Shown: positions 10,379-23,400, numbered from the stretch's first letter. The stretch: DNA of 64,000 bases from Macrostomum lignano (GCA_002269645.1 NIVC01002999.1:62001-126000); one strand, 5' to 3'. The notes: generated by a model not told the origin, from the sequence alone. A program made the numbers and translations.

Positions 10379-11117
10379 TAAAGACTTGCTAAGATGGGAG
10401 TTGCTAAGATATCAAAGCTCATGGATGGAATCGCTGAGTTGACAAGGCTCATGAAGAAATTGCTGAGATATCAAGGCTCATAAGGGGATTGCTGAATTCT
10501 TGGGGGAGGGGAGTTGGGTTGTTGGGATGTCAAGGCTTACTGGGGGAATTGGTGAGATTTCAAGGCTTACTGGGGGAATTGGTGAGATTTCAAGGCTTAC
10601 TGGGGAGGAATTGCTAAGATGCCAAGGCTCATGGACTCATGGTTGTTGGGCGATTGTCAGGTAGTCAGGTAGTACGGCTGAAGTAGCTCATGTAATTCAG
10701 ATAATGAAATTGTACACACAAGTGATGCTGATTTCTGCTAATAGGAAATACCAGCGCATTTATTAAAGGTTTCATTCTTTGATTTAGGCTAATAAGAGAG
10801 TCTAAGGACGTCAATGATTTGCATATTTGCTGCGGATCAGAATATGCCCGGCCAGCGACGATATGCACTAAGAGTTTGTGCTTGAAAGGATAAGCACTAT
10901 TTGCTGATTGAGAAAGGGTTTTGGGCTGATGAAGGAAACTTTTTTGGCTGATGAAAGTTCTGATTCATGGCAATTTATTTTTGCCAAAATGAGAAAAGGT
11001 AATTTTTGATTAATGGAAATCAACATTTTGGATAATTAAAGTAAGGTTACTCTTGTGTCAAAATAAAAACCAATTGGTGTCATTTTCGGGCTCCCCAGCG
11101 GGGGGCTAAATGGCTAG
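10379..11117 (+). mobile_element. Helitron-like element H2, 3' part
   Basis: CAAGGCTTACTGGGGGAATTG repeats shared with the H1 3' module; ends CTCCCCAGCGGGGGG hairpin then ATGGCTAG (CTAG 11114-11117). Confidence 0.6.
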
Positions 11118-11118
11118 T

Positions 11119-11448
11119 CTTCTAAATATACTAAATCTCTAATATTTGTATGCTTGAATGAATTCTAATATACTAAAAGTCCTACCTTTGTTTGTTTGTC
11201 TGTCTGTTTGTGAATGATCCAATATACTAAATTGCTATCTGGGGGATGCTTGCAGTCTGGGGGATGCTTGCTATTTGGGGATCGATGCTTGAATGCTGTC
11301 TGAGGATGCTTGCTGTCTTGGGATGTTTTGTTTTTAGAGGGAATGTCTGTTGTTTTTTATGAAGGCTTTATTTTGCTGTCTATTTGTTATTTGTAAAGAA
11401 CAAGGATTCTATCCAGATGTCCCCCACGGGGGGGGCGAAGATTGCTAG
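11119..11448 (+). mobile_element. Short Helitron-like element H3
   Basis: Starts with AAATATACTAAA repeats and a GTTT/GTCT microsatellite, carries GGATGCTTGCTATCTGGG units and ends CCCCCACGGGGGG hairpin plus GATTGCTAG. Confidence 0.65.
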
Positions 11449-12089
11449 TCCAATATACTAAAAATCAAAACTATGTCCAATATACTAAAAATGAGTTGTC
11501 TGTATGTTTGTATGTGGGTAGGTATGCGATAGATTTCAGAAAAATTGGCTCAACCGATTTTCTTCAAACTTGCACCATTCGATCAGAAATTTTCCTGGGA
11601 CGGTACATGCATCTTGGCTAAGAAATTGCTCAATGTTAAAGGGATTAAATATTCGAAAAACATGCTTTTTTGCAAAGATCAAGCAGCTCTTTCGACCTGA
11701 AATGCATTGTAAGAATGCTAGAGAAAAAACTGACTGACTGAATTCCGATTGTGATAAAGATTGCATCACAACAAGTTGAAAACAGTGCCGAAGAAATGCA
11801 CACACGACATGATTTAAATTGCGTAACCATATTGCTAACTTAAATTGAGACTGATACTGGCTGACTGAGAAATTGATTATGTCATAACTTTTTACTCCAA
11901 TTGACTTGCTGTAAGAATTGAATTATAAGGGCCACAATTCATGTTCTCCAATTGAAAAGAGATAGCCCTGATGCGAACAGACTGGAATGCTAATGTAGCG
12001 ACCTGGGTTCGAATCTTAGAAGCGCAAAATAATTTTTTTATTAAAACACCTTAAAAACAAAAAAACTGCTAAACATAAAAAAGCGCAAT

Positions 12090-13005
12090 AGAAGAGCCAC
12101 CATGTCAAACATAAAAGAGTTACCATGTCAAACATTAAAGAGCCACCATGTCGAACATTAAAGAGCCACATTGTCAAGCATTAAAGAGCCACCATTTCAA
12201 ACCTAAAAGAGCCACCATGTCAAACATTAAAGAGCCACCATTTCAAACCTAAAGGAGCCACCATGTCAAACATTAAAGAGCCACCATGTCGAACATAAAA
12301 GAGCCACCATATCAAACATAAAAGAGTTACCATGTCAAACATTAAAGAGCCACCATGTCGAACATTAAAGAGCCACCATGTCGAACATTCAATAGCCACC
12401 ATGTCAAACATTAAAGAGCCACCATGTCAAACATTAAAGAGCCACCATGTCGAACATAAAAGAGCCACCATATCAAACATAAAAGAGTTACCATGTCGAA
12501 CATTAAAGAGCCACCATGTCAAACATTAAAGAGCCACATTGTCAAGCATTAAAGACCCACCATTTCAAACCTAAAAGAGCCACCATGTCGAACATTAAAG
12601 AGCCACCGTGTCAAATATTAAAGAGCCACCATTTAAAACCTAAAAAAGCCACCATGTCGAACATACAAGAGCCACCATGTCGAACATAGAAAAGCCACCA
12701 TGTCAAACATTAAAGAGCCACCGTTTCAAACCTGAAAGAGCCACCATGTCGAACAATAAAAAGCCACCATGTCAAACATAAAAGAGCCACCATGTCAAAC
12801 ATAGAAAAGCCACCATGTCAAACATTAAAGAGTCACCATGTCAAACATTAAAGAGCCACCGTTTCAAACCTAAAAGAGCCACCATGTCGAACATTAAAAA
12901 GCCACCATGTCAAACATTAAAGAGCCACAATGTCAAACATTAAAGAGCCACCATTTCAAACCTAAAGGAGCCACCATGTCGAACATTAAAGAGCCACCAT
13001 ATCAA
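12090..13005. repeat. 23-bp minisatellite (AAAGAGCCACCATGTCAAACATT)n in H4
   Basis: About 40 tandem units. Confidence 0.95.
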
Positions 13006-13007
13006 AG

Positions 13008-13275
13008 TGGATGCTTGCTATTTGGAGGATGCTTGCTTTCTGGGGGATGCTTGCTATCTGGGCGATGCTTGCAATTTGGGGGATGCTTGCTATCTGAGGG
13101 ATGCTTGCTATCTGGTGGATGCTTGCTATCTGGAGGATGCTTGCTATCTTGGGGGATGCTTGCTATCTTGGGGGATGCTTGCTATCTGGGGGATGCTCGC
13201 TATCTGGGGGATGCTTGCTATTTGAGGGATGCTTGCTATCTGGAGGATGCTTGCTATCTGGGGGATGCTTGTGGT
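13008..13275. repeat. 18-bp minisatellite (GGATGCTTGCTATCTGGG)n in H4; also at 11235-11320 in H3
   Basis: About 15 tandem units. Confidence 0.93.
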
Positions 13276-13814
13276 CTTGGGAAGATTTCTTATTGCAATT
13301 CACTTCATTTGAGCAGTTTGTCTGTTGTCTTTGTGAAGGATTTTTTGGCTGTCTTTTTGTTAATTGTAGAGAACAGAGATTCTATCCAGATGTCCCCCAT
13401 CGGGGGGCGAAGATTGCTAGTAAACGGTCTATTTCTCTGTGCAACAGATCTTTCGATGCAAATAAATGAACTCAATGAATGGTCAATATAACATTAACAT
13501 AGAATTTTGCTAGTTGTAATTCCAGATTGTCATTAACTTAATCAATGCAAGAAATTTGCGGGTAACAATGTGGAAATTTGCGGGGACTATGTTAGAGATG
13601 GGCAGAAAGTTGAGAAAGTCTATGGTCGAAGGCTATTTTTTCGGTGGATGGGCAAATCTTTGTGCCATAGACTAAATAAACACTCGGATTAATCGAGAGG
13701 ACGGGGCTATGGAGCCGCGTTTTGAAGCAACGATTCTAGAAAGTTCTGTCTGTCTAATCAACTACTGACTAAGAACGCTGAACTATGCGAATCTGCCCGA
13801 CCAACTTGACACAC

Positions 13815-14141
13815 GTGACAGTACTAAAGGAGAGCGGCTTCTCAAACGCTGCCATCGCGGTTAACACCGGCCACAAGAATTCAGCGAGCGTAGAGCGCTA
13901 TACGCGAGTGAGGCGCGATGCCGACTTCCGTGCGATGTCATCAGCGCTGAGCGTCGAGACAAGCGCCTCCCAGGTCTCTATCCGTCGTGTTGGTCAGGAT
14001 GGTGAAGTGGCGATCAGTGAGACAAGGGCTATTGAAAACAAGTATGGAGAACGGCAATCAGAGCCGGCTGCAATCGTCGTGAACTTCAACGGGACCTTCC
14101 AGAATTGCACGTTTAATCTAACTGGAGTTGGTAAGCAGTAG
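13815..14141 (+). pseudogene. C-terminal fragment of a Crypton-type tyrosine recombinase (DUF3504-like)
   Basis: VTVLKESGFSNAAIAVNTGHKNSASVERY matches the ...T-x-L-x-x-x-G...I-x-x-x-TGH-x-x-x-x-x-x-x-x-Y catalytic end, and the tail is VNFNGTFQNCTFN. The HSLR motif and everything upstream are missing. Confidence 0.6.
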
Positions 14142-14837
14142 CTTGGAAAAATTAAAACGTCGTCTGATTGAATGAACTAAACTAACAAGCCGAAAATTGT
14201 TGCGTTACTGTTACAAAATTATAAAAGTACGAAAGCGTAAAAGAAAACAAAGTCATAATAATCCTATAAAAGTAAAAATTCTTTTAAAATATAAAAGCAT
14301 ACTTGGTTGGAACTTGTTTTACCATCATAGACTACGAAAATTCGAGACGAAATTTCATTCATTGTTTAGCAATTTGATGATCATTATTCACATTTTTAAT
14401 GTCCTACAGACATTAAACCTGAATTCGCAGCCCTCGGATTCGCTCATTCCTGCCCTCAAATCCATAGTCAGAACAATCAGTTCTGATCTATGATTCAGTA
14501 TCAGTTCATGATTCTGATTAGTTCTGATTCGAGGGCTGCGAAGCCCTCGGATTCGCTCATTCCTGCCCTCAAATCCATAGTCAGAACTATGTTGTTTCAC
14601 GATTGGCCATAGACTAAAACAGCAGGCACGGAATCTGCCGTCTTGCCCGCGAAATCGTGAGACAACAATCCATTACTACAAACTAATGCATTGTCTGTAG
14701 GATCGTCAAACAGAAAAACAATGCAAAGAATCAGCGGTCGCAGCACGTGACAACGATTTGACATATTTGTTGCTTCCTCTCTGTGCATTCCTCCAACCTA
14801 GCATAAAGTGGTGTTTTAACAACCGGAACTGGAGTGT

Positions 14838-16000
14838 ATGGTGCACAGTGCAAAAGCTGACATCAGTGCAAAACAGTGCAAAACCAACCTCCCCCGGTAC
14901 TCTGTCGCGACCGCAGCGCAAGGCGACGGTCATCGCCCGGTGACCAGGTCTGTTTTCACTACCTTAGCCTGCCTCATTTGCCTCCTCTGCTCCTGGCTGT
15001 TTGTCTGCGCTCTTCTCGCGGAAAATATTGAAGTGAACCCGGGGCCAATGGACTGCGGCCGCTGTGCTCGCGCCATCAAAAGTGGCTTCACTTTCTTCTC
15101 CTGCCAATCCGGCCAGTGTTCTAACGGCTGCCATAAGCACTTCGACTGCAGCGGCATCCGCAGTTACCAACAGCGATCGCACTGGCTCTGTCACCGACAT
15201 CGCGGCCTTGAGCAGGCCCCCAGAGAACCCGCTGTGAGCATGACTGCTGAACCACGCAGCGATTGCAGCGCCTGCTCGGCCCCCATTCGCATGCGCACCA
15301 ACCCTCTGCGCTGCAAGGTCGCAAACGCCTCCTGCCATAGTTCCATCAAGTGCAGCGGCATTCCAAGGTTCAAGTGCAGTCCCCGCTGGCTTTAACAGAT
15401 CCATGCGCCTAAGGCTGAGCACTCTGTGGCCGGCCGCCCAATCGCGGCCCGCCAAGTTGATGGGGTGAACGCGGACCGCCCGACGGCCGCTAACCAGGAC
15501 AGCTGTGCCACTAACCAGGGTGCAAAAAACTATTCCGTGCCAATTCCTCACTCTTATCATCTGTAGCCGTTGCACGTGTTGATGTTCCACAATAGCTGCT
15601 CAGGGCTCTCACGGACCGTGGCAAACCTTCCAGCCCTATCCGAGACCGCTAGACCTGCCCGCAGTGTACTCGCACCACACCGGATTCGAGCACCACAATA
15701 GTGACTCAGCCAACTATCGGTCCCGCCGATCTGCGGTGGCGAGGAGCAAGCCGAATTGAGGACGCCATCACCTCAGCGGCACACCGCCATGTTGGGGAAA
15801 AAACTTTCAAACGGCCGCGCGCCCCTGGCTCTCCCAAGAAGCCTACCAGTCCATCCGCAAACGCAATTACCTTGTAGGGACGTCGACAGCCACCGCGCCG
15901 AATGGCTGCAAAACTGCACGGATGCTATCACAATCATTCGCGAGAGCAAGGAACAAAGCTGGCGCGAATTCCTGAACGCCGCTTGTGGGTCCTCATGAAT
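14838..16000 (+). mobile_element. Decayed, internally deleted non-LTR retrotransposon (Ingi/Vingi- or CR1/L2-like) with a 2A-like motif and two PHD-like fingers
   Basis: Hydrophobic stretch then LLAENIEVNPGP (15012-15047), then two C-x2-C...C...H...C...W-x-C fingers (second broken by a stop at 15393), plus IIRESKEQSWREFL (15930-15980) resembling the EN-RT linker of I-group LINEs. Confidence 0.7.
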
Positions 16001-16719
16001 CATTCTTCGAACAGCAGCGATGCGCTTTCGTCCATGAAGGCAGAAGTTAGATGTCAATACACGCAGCTCTTATAGTATACATGTACGAGTACGTATAAAG
16101 ATCGTATCGAACAAAAGCTAGCTGATTGCCTGACTTGCCACGCAGGCTATGAGTAAACTTTTGAGGCAGCACACTCGCGTGAGATCTTTTTGCTGGTTGA
16201 CTTCTCATGTCTTAAAAGTCTTGTTTTGTTAATTCCATTAAATTGAGTTACAGTTTTGGCATCTTTTTGAAGAGCTTGACTGTGTTAATTGATTGACTCT
16301 AACAAAACACTGAACCTATAGCATTTTTAAGTTAGATTATGTACATGCTTCAAACACGAACTAGTCCAAGGACCGCTAAGAGTAGGACTATTTGACTGCC
16401 TTTTGGAGCTAGCCGATTTCATAGAAGTCAGCTGTTCTTAATGCATTTTTGACATTTTAACGCCAATTCTTTTTCAATATTGTTACAAAGTTATGTTTTA
16501 ATTCTGTGATTAAGAAAATTGTATTTAAGTTATAGTAAAAGAGTTTTTAAATTGTTACAAAAAACGTTTCTTATTAATTTTAGTGTATAATTTGTTAAGA
16601 CTTCTAATTGCCTAAACAACAGAAATTTAACTTTAACTTAGAAAATAATTATCTAACTTAGAAACAATCGTCCATCAAGGCGTTTTACAAGCATATCGTC
16701 CGTCCGTCAAAGCATTTTA

Positions 16720-16825
16720 GGCCTGTTAAGTCTCATGAATATCGGTTGAGCCGTTTTTTCCTGCAATCTATCACACACATGATAATATGATAATATATAT
16801 GGACAGACCATTTTTAATATATAAC
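16720..16825 (-). mobile_element. 5' fragment of the same Helitron-like family
   Basis: Reverse complement reads AAAAATGG...GATAGATTGCAGGAAAAAACGGCTCAACCGATATTC, homologous to 11490-11570. Confidence 0.5.
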
Positions 16826-17068
16826 CTAGGCCTATGCTATGCAGCTATGCATGCTATGCTATGCAATGCTAATGGATTGTTATGCTCGCAGCTCGACCGA
16901 TTCGTTTGATGTCTGCTCATGTTTTTGTGAAGCTTTTTATCAAGCCATGTATCAAGCAGATGTTTTTCAGATCTTTACAGATTTTTTTGAAAGTTCAAGT
17001 TTCAAATTTTAGCTTCATTTTTATCTAGCTTCAAGTTCAACCCTTGAACTTCATATAGCTTCAAAGTC

Positions 17069-18231
17069 CAGTGGTGGGAGTGAGGCGCGAATTCGCGCCT
17101 GGCGCGAATTTCGGGATTAATGGCGCGAATGCGCGATTTCTGAGGCGAGGCGCGATTTTTTTTATGCTCAATGCGCGAAAAATGTTAGGCCTAGCTGATT
17201 TTGCTTTACTTTGCCAGTGACTGCCACACCCCCAGTGTCTCCTACAGCTGTACTTTCACTTGTAAACTTGAATGACCTGACACGCTGCTGGCTGTTGCGC
17301 TTTGTCTCGCCAGTCAAACTACCCGCCAAAGTCTGGAAGCTGGATTTAAAGGACAGTTTGATTTGGCTGCCCCATCTGCAAATCGGCATGGGGGAGCAGG
17401 CCAGGCGTCTCTTCATTGAGATGTCTGCTAGTGACCAACAGGCCTGTCTAGCTTCGGTGAAAGCGTTCTTTGTAAAGGGAACAGAGAAACTCTTTGAATA
17501 TTTGCCGCTGAGCAGCTCCACTCTTCGTGCCTGCCAACTGCTGGATCCGATAAAGCAGACAAACGATTGGTTTGTTCAGTGGGTTGATACCATTGCCAGG
17601 CAGCTACCGACGATCATGACAGCAAGCGAGCTCGACATGTTGCGAGTTGAGGCTCGTGCTCATCAACAAGATGTGCTGATTGCTGAGTTAGACATTGAAT
17701 CCGAATCGGCTAGTAACTTCTGGGGAAAGGTCGCCGCAGTTGGCAATCGCCCACTTCTTATGCGCATAGTACGTGTGCTATTTGTCTTGCCGCACGGCAA
17801 TGCAGAAGTCGAGAGAATTTTCAGCAATCTTAATGATGTCTTTACAAAGAAGCGCTCCAGTCTTGGAGCGTACACCATTAAGGCACTAGTCGTCGCGCGC
17901 TCTTGCCTTGCTGCTAAATGTTGGACAGCTGCTACGCTACCAGTCTCGCTTAGGTTGCAGAACCTGTGCAACAGCGCCTATGCTGCATACCGCCAATGGC
18001 TGGAAGAAGAGAAGCAAGAAGAGGAGCGCAAGAAGAGGGAAGAGCTCGAGAAGAGTGTCCTCTCCGAAATTCGAAACAAGAAAAGCGCAAGCAAGACATT
18101 CACAGACTTAGAAAATTCTGTTCTGGATTATATAGTCAATGTATGGCAAAAAAGATTGACACAAAAAAACTTTCGGTGGGAAAAAAAATCGTAGGCACGA
18201 AAAAAATGGGCACTCCTCACTCCCACCACTG
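17069..18231 (+). mobile_element. Internally deleted hAT DNA transposon
   Basis: Perfect 17-bp TIRs CAGTGGTGGGAGTGAGG (17069-17085) and CCTCACTCCCACCACTG (18215-18231), subterminal GCGCGA repeats, imperfect TSD (CTTCAAAG plus 2 nt versus CTTCAAAC). Confidence 0.85.
17211..18194 (+). pseudogene. hAT transposase C-terminal fragment with dimerization domain
   Basis: FWGKV...LLMRIVRVLFVLPHGNAEVERIFSNLNDVFTKKRSSL; N-terminal half absent and no ATG start. Confidence 0.85.
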
Positions 18232-18871
18232 CTTCAAACTAACCGACCACTAACACTAGGCCTAGGGCATAGGAAGTATGTGACTTTAAGACAAGGAGAT
18301 TCTTTAATTTGATTGATTTTATATGATTTTTTTGGAAATCTTTTACTTTACTGCTTTAAATTATTTTCATGTGAAAATAGTAAAATACAAAGTCATTAAT
18401 CATTAGAATATCAATAATATTAATAGTGCCTAACCCTATACAGGAAGTTCCCAAACACTTTTGGTGGCAGGAAGAAGTGGCGCCACAGGTACTCATTGAG
18501 ATGGTGTCAAACAGGACATTGCTAGTAAGAAAAGCTGCCTTTTGTAATTGCTTTCTGCATCTTATATGTTAATGTTGGGCATGACTAAGCACAGGCATAG
18601 CCATATACCTATACAAACTGGGATCTATCTTGCCGCTATAGTTGATAGCCAGAGCATCTAGGCATTGTGTGCAACCCTGGGAGTTGGATAGCAGCCCAAA
18701 AGTGCTGCTCTAGGCATCCTAGCCATTTTGCAGTCACTAGATAGGTTGAAAAGTTTATGAAAAAAGGAAAATAATTTATTGCAGTAAAGTAAAATATTGC
18801 CAAATATTTTTCAATAGAGAAAGATATAGCTTGATTGAATTTTAGGTCAATAATTCCTAATCTTTGTAGAA

Positions 18872-20170
18872 CTAGTCATCTTATATCCTAAAAATGAGTT
18901 GTTTGTATGTATATAATATGTGTGGCAAAATCCAAAAATTGGGGGCAAGTTTTATGAAAATTAATTTTTTGGTAATTTGAAAGCAATAAAGCAATAAAAT
19001 AAATTTATTTAAGTTTAAAAAGGTAAAAAAGTCTATAAAAGCACAAATTATTTATGTAGAGCTTTATTTTTAATAAAATTATTTGTTAAAATGGTAAGTT
19101 TAACTATGACCAAAAATGACTCTAATAAAAATGGTAGAAAAGCTATAATAATGTATTTTGTTAACTTTAAGTATCTTATAATTTTATACTCTATAATTCT
19201 ACAACATTAAACATTATTTTTAAGGGTTTATTTGTTTATCACTTTCGTTACTCTTGACAATGTGTATTTTTAGAGTTCATTTGCAATAAATTATATTCAA
19301 CGTAAGTTTATTTTTTAAGCATAAAATTCCCATAAGGATCAGAAAATTGCATTTTACTCAGCTTCTACTAAAGTGATTTGGAAAATTCTTTTTTTCCTGC
19401 ATACATACCCCGGTGATACATGTTTTAGTGTAATTTCATTGGTCTTCGTCGCTTAATAAGCATACAAGAAGCATTTGATTTGGATGCCAGGTTCACAATT
19501 TGTGGTACCATTTTTTACCCAATTTTTTTAAGTCTAATTATAGGCATATTACAAACACTAATACTATGCAAGTTGATATTTAAATGAAAAAAACAACTTA
19601 AAGATTATTTTGCAACAAGGAATTAGTGGTATTTACTTTTAGAGAAATATGTTTGCTGGCAAACTTTGCACTTTAAATTAGTATGAATTTTCGTGAGTTT
19701 ATGTGGTTTTAGAAAAACTTTGAAATCCTTAGAAATGCTTCATATTTTTGAATAAAATAAAAAGTAAAACACAAATTACTTTTTGTTTTGTAAGTAGTGA
19801 AAAAATTAGCCTTCTCTAAGGCCTACAAGTCTTAAAATTAATTGTTTATTAATGAAAAAAGTGAAACAAAAAATTGCAAATCGGTCAACTTGGACTTTTA
19901 AAATGCTTTTTTTGTGGTTTTTTCTTATTTATTCAACAATGTAAAGCATGAAAACAATAGTTTTTATCTAGAACTATTTTTAAAGACCTATTTGTCTTTC
20001 AAGAAGCTTTTTTAGATACATTACCTTCCATTAAATGTCCACAGATTTGTTTTACCATTATATCCCACATTTTTTTATTTCGCCATGTAGCTATGCGATA
20101 GATTTCAGAAAAAAATGGCTCAATCGATTTTCTTTGAACTTGCACCATTTGATCAGTAACCTAGTATTAG
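18872..20170 (+). mobile_element. Helitron-like 5' fragment split by a ~1.17 kb AT-rich insert with degenerate TIRs (18920-20087)
   Basis: CTAGTC...CCTAAAAATGAGTTGTTTGTATG at 18872-18910 resumes as TATGCGATAGATTTCAGAAAAAAATGGCTCAATCGATTTTC at 20092. Insert ends are GTGGCAAAATCCAAAAATT and (reverse complement) CATGGCGAAATAAAAAAAT. Confidence 0.4.
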
Positions 20171-20443
20171 GCTACATGATTGTCATTAAAACACATAGTA
20201 AAAAACTGATCCCATACAAATACCAAAGATAATTTTTTGTTAATATTTTAGAGGTAAAATTTGTTAAAATTTATCAAAAATATAAATTATGTATATACAA
20301 CACAGTTCTGATAAATATGTAATCTAAAATAATATTATATATAAAAAAGCTGATTTCTTATTTAATAATTTGTGTAATACAAAGTAAATACTAAAATTTG
20401 AATTTAAAGCAAAATGTTTAAAAGAAGTGTTTAATTTTCTATA

Positions 20444-23400
20444 ATGAGGAAAAAGTTTTTACATCACACCTCCTTGCATGGCATGGCCCTTCCCCGTCAC
20501 TATGTGGTGCACAGATTTGTTAAGATCACATTAAAGGACCTGAGCAAAGAGTCCAGTCAGTGCGACCCAGCCTTTGGCTATGTGCTCAATAATAACAGTA
20601 AAAAATTGCACGATCAATTAGCTGGACTGCTCAATAAGCAGCAGTATTTGTATGTGAGAGACAAAGCAGGCTGGACCCTGTTGCACTATGCTGTGCTGTG
20701 CGGCCATCGGAAAATTACCGCTCTGCTGTGCCAGTGCGGTTTCGATGTTAACATTAAATGCGACGTTAGCGCCTTTGGTGTCACAGGCTGGCGCGCCATT
20801 CACATCGCTGCTGAGAAAGGCGACTCTGACACCTTGAAGTTGTTAATCTCATATGGCGCCAGCTGCGAGCTGATGGCTGAAGTTGCTGAAGCAGCTGACA
20901 GCGGCAATGAGCAGCAGCAGGAGCAGCAGCAGCAGCAGCAGCCAGACGCCACAGCAGTAGCAACATCTGGCTTGGCTGAACGTTGGAACGCTGTGCACAT
21001 GGCCGTCTTTAGCGAGTCAGTGGAATCAGTGAGAGCCTGTTTGCAGCGGGGCGGAGCTTATGTTGACACGAGAACGTTGAGACGACAGACTCCACTGATG
21101 TTGGCTTGTAAATCTGGTTGCTTAGCAATTGTACAGCTTTTGCTCACTGCCGGTGCCAGTTTGAGAGCTAGGGATAGTCAGGTATGCTTTATTGTTTTGT
21201 CCGCATAGTTGATTACACCTGCCCTAATGTGCACATGTGCAACCGACAGCTCAGCCGCAGCTATTGCGCGGCGCATCTGAAGGCTGCGTACGAACTGCGT
21301 AACATAACTGATGCTAATTGTTGATTGAGAGACAACTCAGCCGTAATCTAGCGCTGAATTTAGACTGTGGTCTATAGACGTCTGATTGGAATCTATAGAC
21401 GTCTGATTGGAATCTATAGACTTCTGATTGGAATCTATAGACTTCTGATTGGAATCTATAGACTTCTGATTGGAATCTATAGACTTCTGATTGGAATCTA
21501 TGGGCTTCTGATTGGAATCTATGGGCTTCTGATTGGAATCTATGGACTTCTGATTGGAATCTATAGACTTCTGATTGGAATCTATGGGCTTCTGATTGGA
21601 ATCTATGGACTTCTGATTGGAATCTATGGGCTTCTGATTGGAATCTATGGGCTTCTGATTGGAATCCATAGACTTTTGGTTGAGATCTATAGGCTTCTGA
21701 TTGGAATCTATGGGCTTCTGATTGGAATCTATGGACTTCTGATTGGAATCTATAGACTGCTGATTGGAATCTATAGACTTCTGATTGAAATCTATAGACT
21801 TCTGATTGGAATCTATGGACTTCTGATTGGAATCTATGGGCTTCTGATTGGAATCTATGGACTTCTGATTGGAATCTATGGGCTTCTGATTGGAATCTAT
21901 GGGCTTCTGATTGGAATCTATGGACTTCTGATTGGAATCTATGGGCTTCTGATTGGAATCTATGGGCTTCTGATTGGAATCCATAGACTTTTGGTTGAGA
22001 TCTATAGGCTTCTGATTGGAATCTATGGGCTTCTGATTGGAATCTATGGGCTTCTGATTGGAATCTATAGACTGCTGATTGGAATCTATAGACTTCTGAT
22101 TAGAATATATAGACTTCTGATAGGAATCTATAGACTTCTGATTGGAATCTATAGACTTCTGATTGAAATCTATAGACTTCTGATTGGAATCTATGGGCTT
22201 CTGATTGGAATCTATGGACTTCTGATTGGAATCTATGGGCTTCTGATTGGAATCTATGGACTTCTGATTGGAATCTATGGGCTTCTGATTGGAATCTATG
22301 GACTTCTGATTGGAATCTATAGGCTTCTGATTGGAATCTATGGGCTTCTGATTGGAATCCATAGACTTTTGGTTGAGATATATAGACTTCTGATAGGAAT
22401 CTATAGACTTCTGATTGGAATCTATAGACTTCTGATTGGGATCTATAGACTTCTGATTGAAATCTAAAGACTTCTGATTTTGGAATCTATAGACTTCTGA
22501 TTGGAATCTATAGACTTCTGATTGGGATCTATAGACTTCTGATTGAAATCTAAAGACTTCTGATTTTGGAATCTATAGACTTCTGATTGGAATCTATAGA
22601 CTTCTGATTGGAATCTATAGGCTTCTGATTGGAATCTATGGGCTTCTGATTGGAATCTATGGGCTTCTGATTGGAATCTATAGACTGCTGATTGGAATCT
22701 ATAGGCTTCTGATTGGAATCTATAGACTTTTGATTGAGATCTATAGACTTTTGATTAGAATATATAGACTTCTGATCGGAATCTATAGACTTCTGATTTT
22801 GGAATCTATAGAATTCTGACTTAAATTTGCAAACCCCTGATTTCGGAATCTAAAATGCAAGCAAAAATGCTATTTTCACCGTTGCCAGGGCAACACTCCC
22901 CTGCACTACGCCGCGCAGTCGCCCTGCCCCGAGACGCTGCGCCAGATTCTTCAAGATGGCGCCCGGGCAGACGCGGTGAACTCGGCTGGCCAGCTGCCTC
23001 TGCACAATGCCGCCCAGAGTCGCAGCTCAGGCGTGCAAAATGTCCAACTGCTGCTGGACACTTGGCCGTCGGGCCTGGAAGCCGTCGCTTCGTTGCCGGA
23101 TTTGAACATCGGCGCCGGCGCCACGCCGCTGATAGCCGCGGTGGCCACTCCCGGAGCTTCGGCTGTGACGGAGAAACTGGAGTTGCTGCTGAGTCGAGGT
23201 GCCGATATCAATCGGGTATTCGAGTACAACTCGCTGACTGGAGTGAACGCGCTTCGCCTGTTAATTGAAACTCGCAGCATCAACACAGATCTGGTGCACT
23301 ATCTCCTTAGCAACGGAGTCAATGTCGACTCTTTAGCTAGCGACGGAGTTTCGCCGTTGCTGTGCGCTGCTCAGAAAGGCAGCGTTGTCATGGTAACTAA

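Larger units (their letters stand above)
11450..13420 (+). mobile_element. Helitron-like element H4
   Basis: 5' module homologous to H1 (CCAATATACTAAAAATGAGTTG...TGGCTCAACCGATTTTCTTCAAACTTG), two internal satellites, 3' module nearly the same as H3, ending CCCCCATCGGGGGG plus GATTGCTAG (13417-13420). Confidence 0.75.

Noticed and set aside
13617-14615. Recurrent CATAGACTA words as Crypton termini
   Set aside because: Three direct copies and one inverted copy do not bracket the recombinase fragment in a consistent way.
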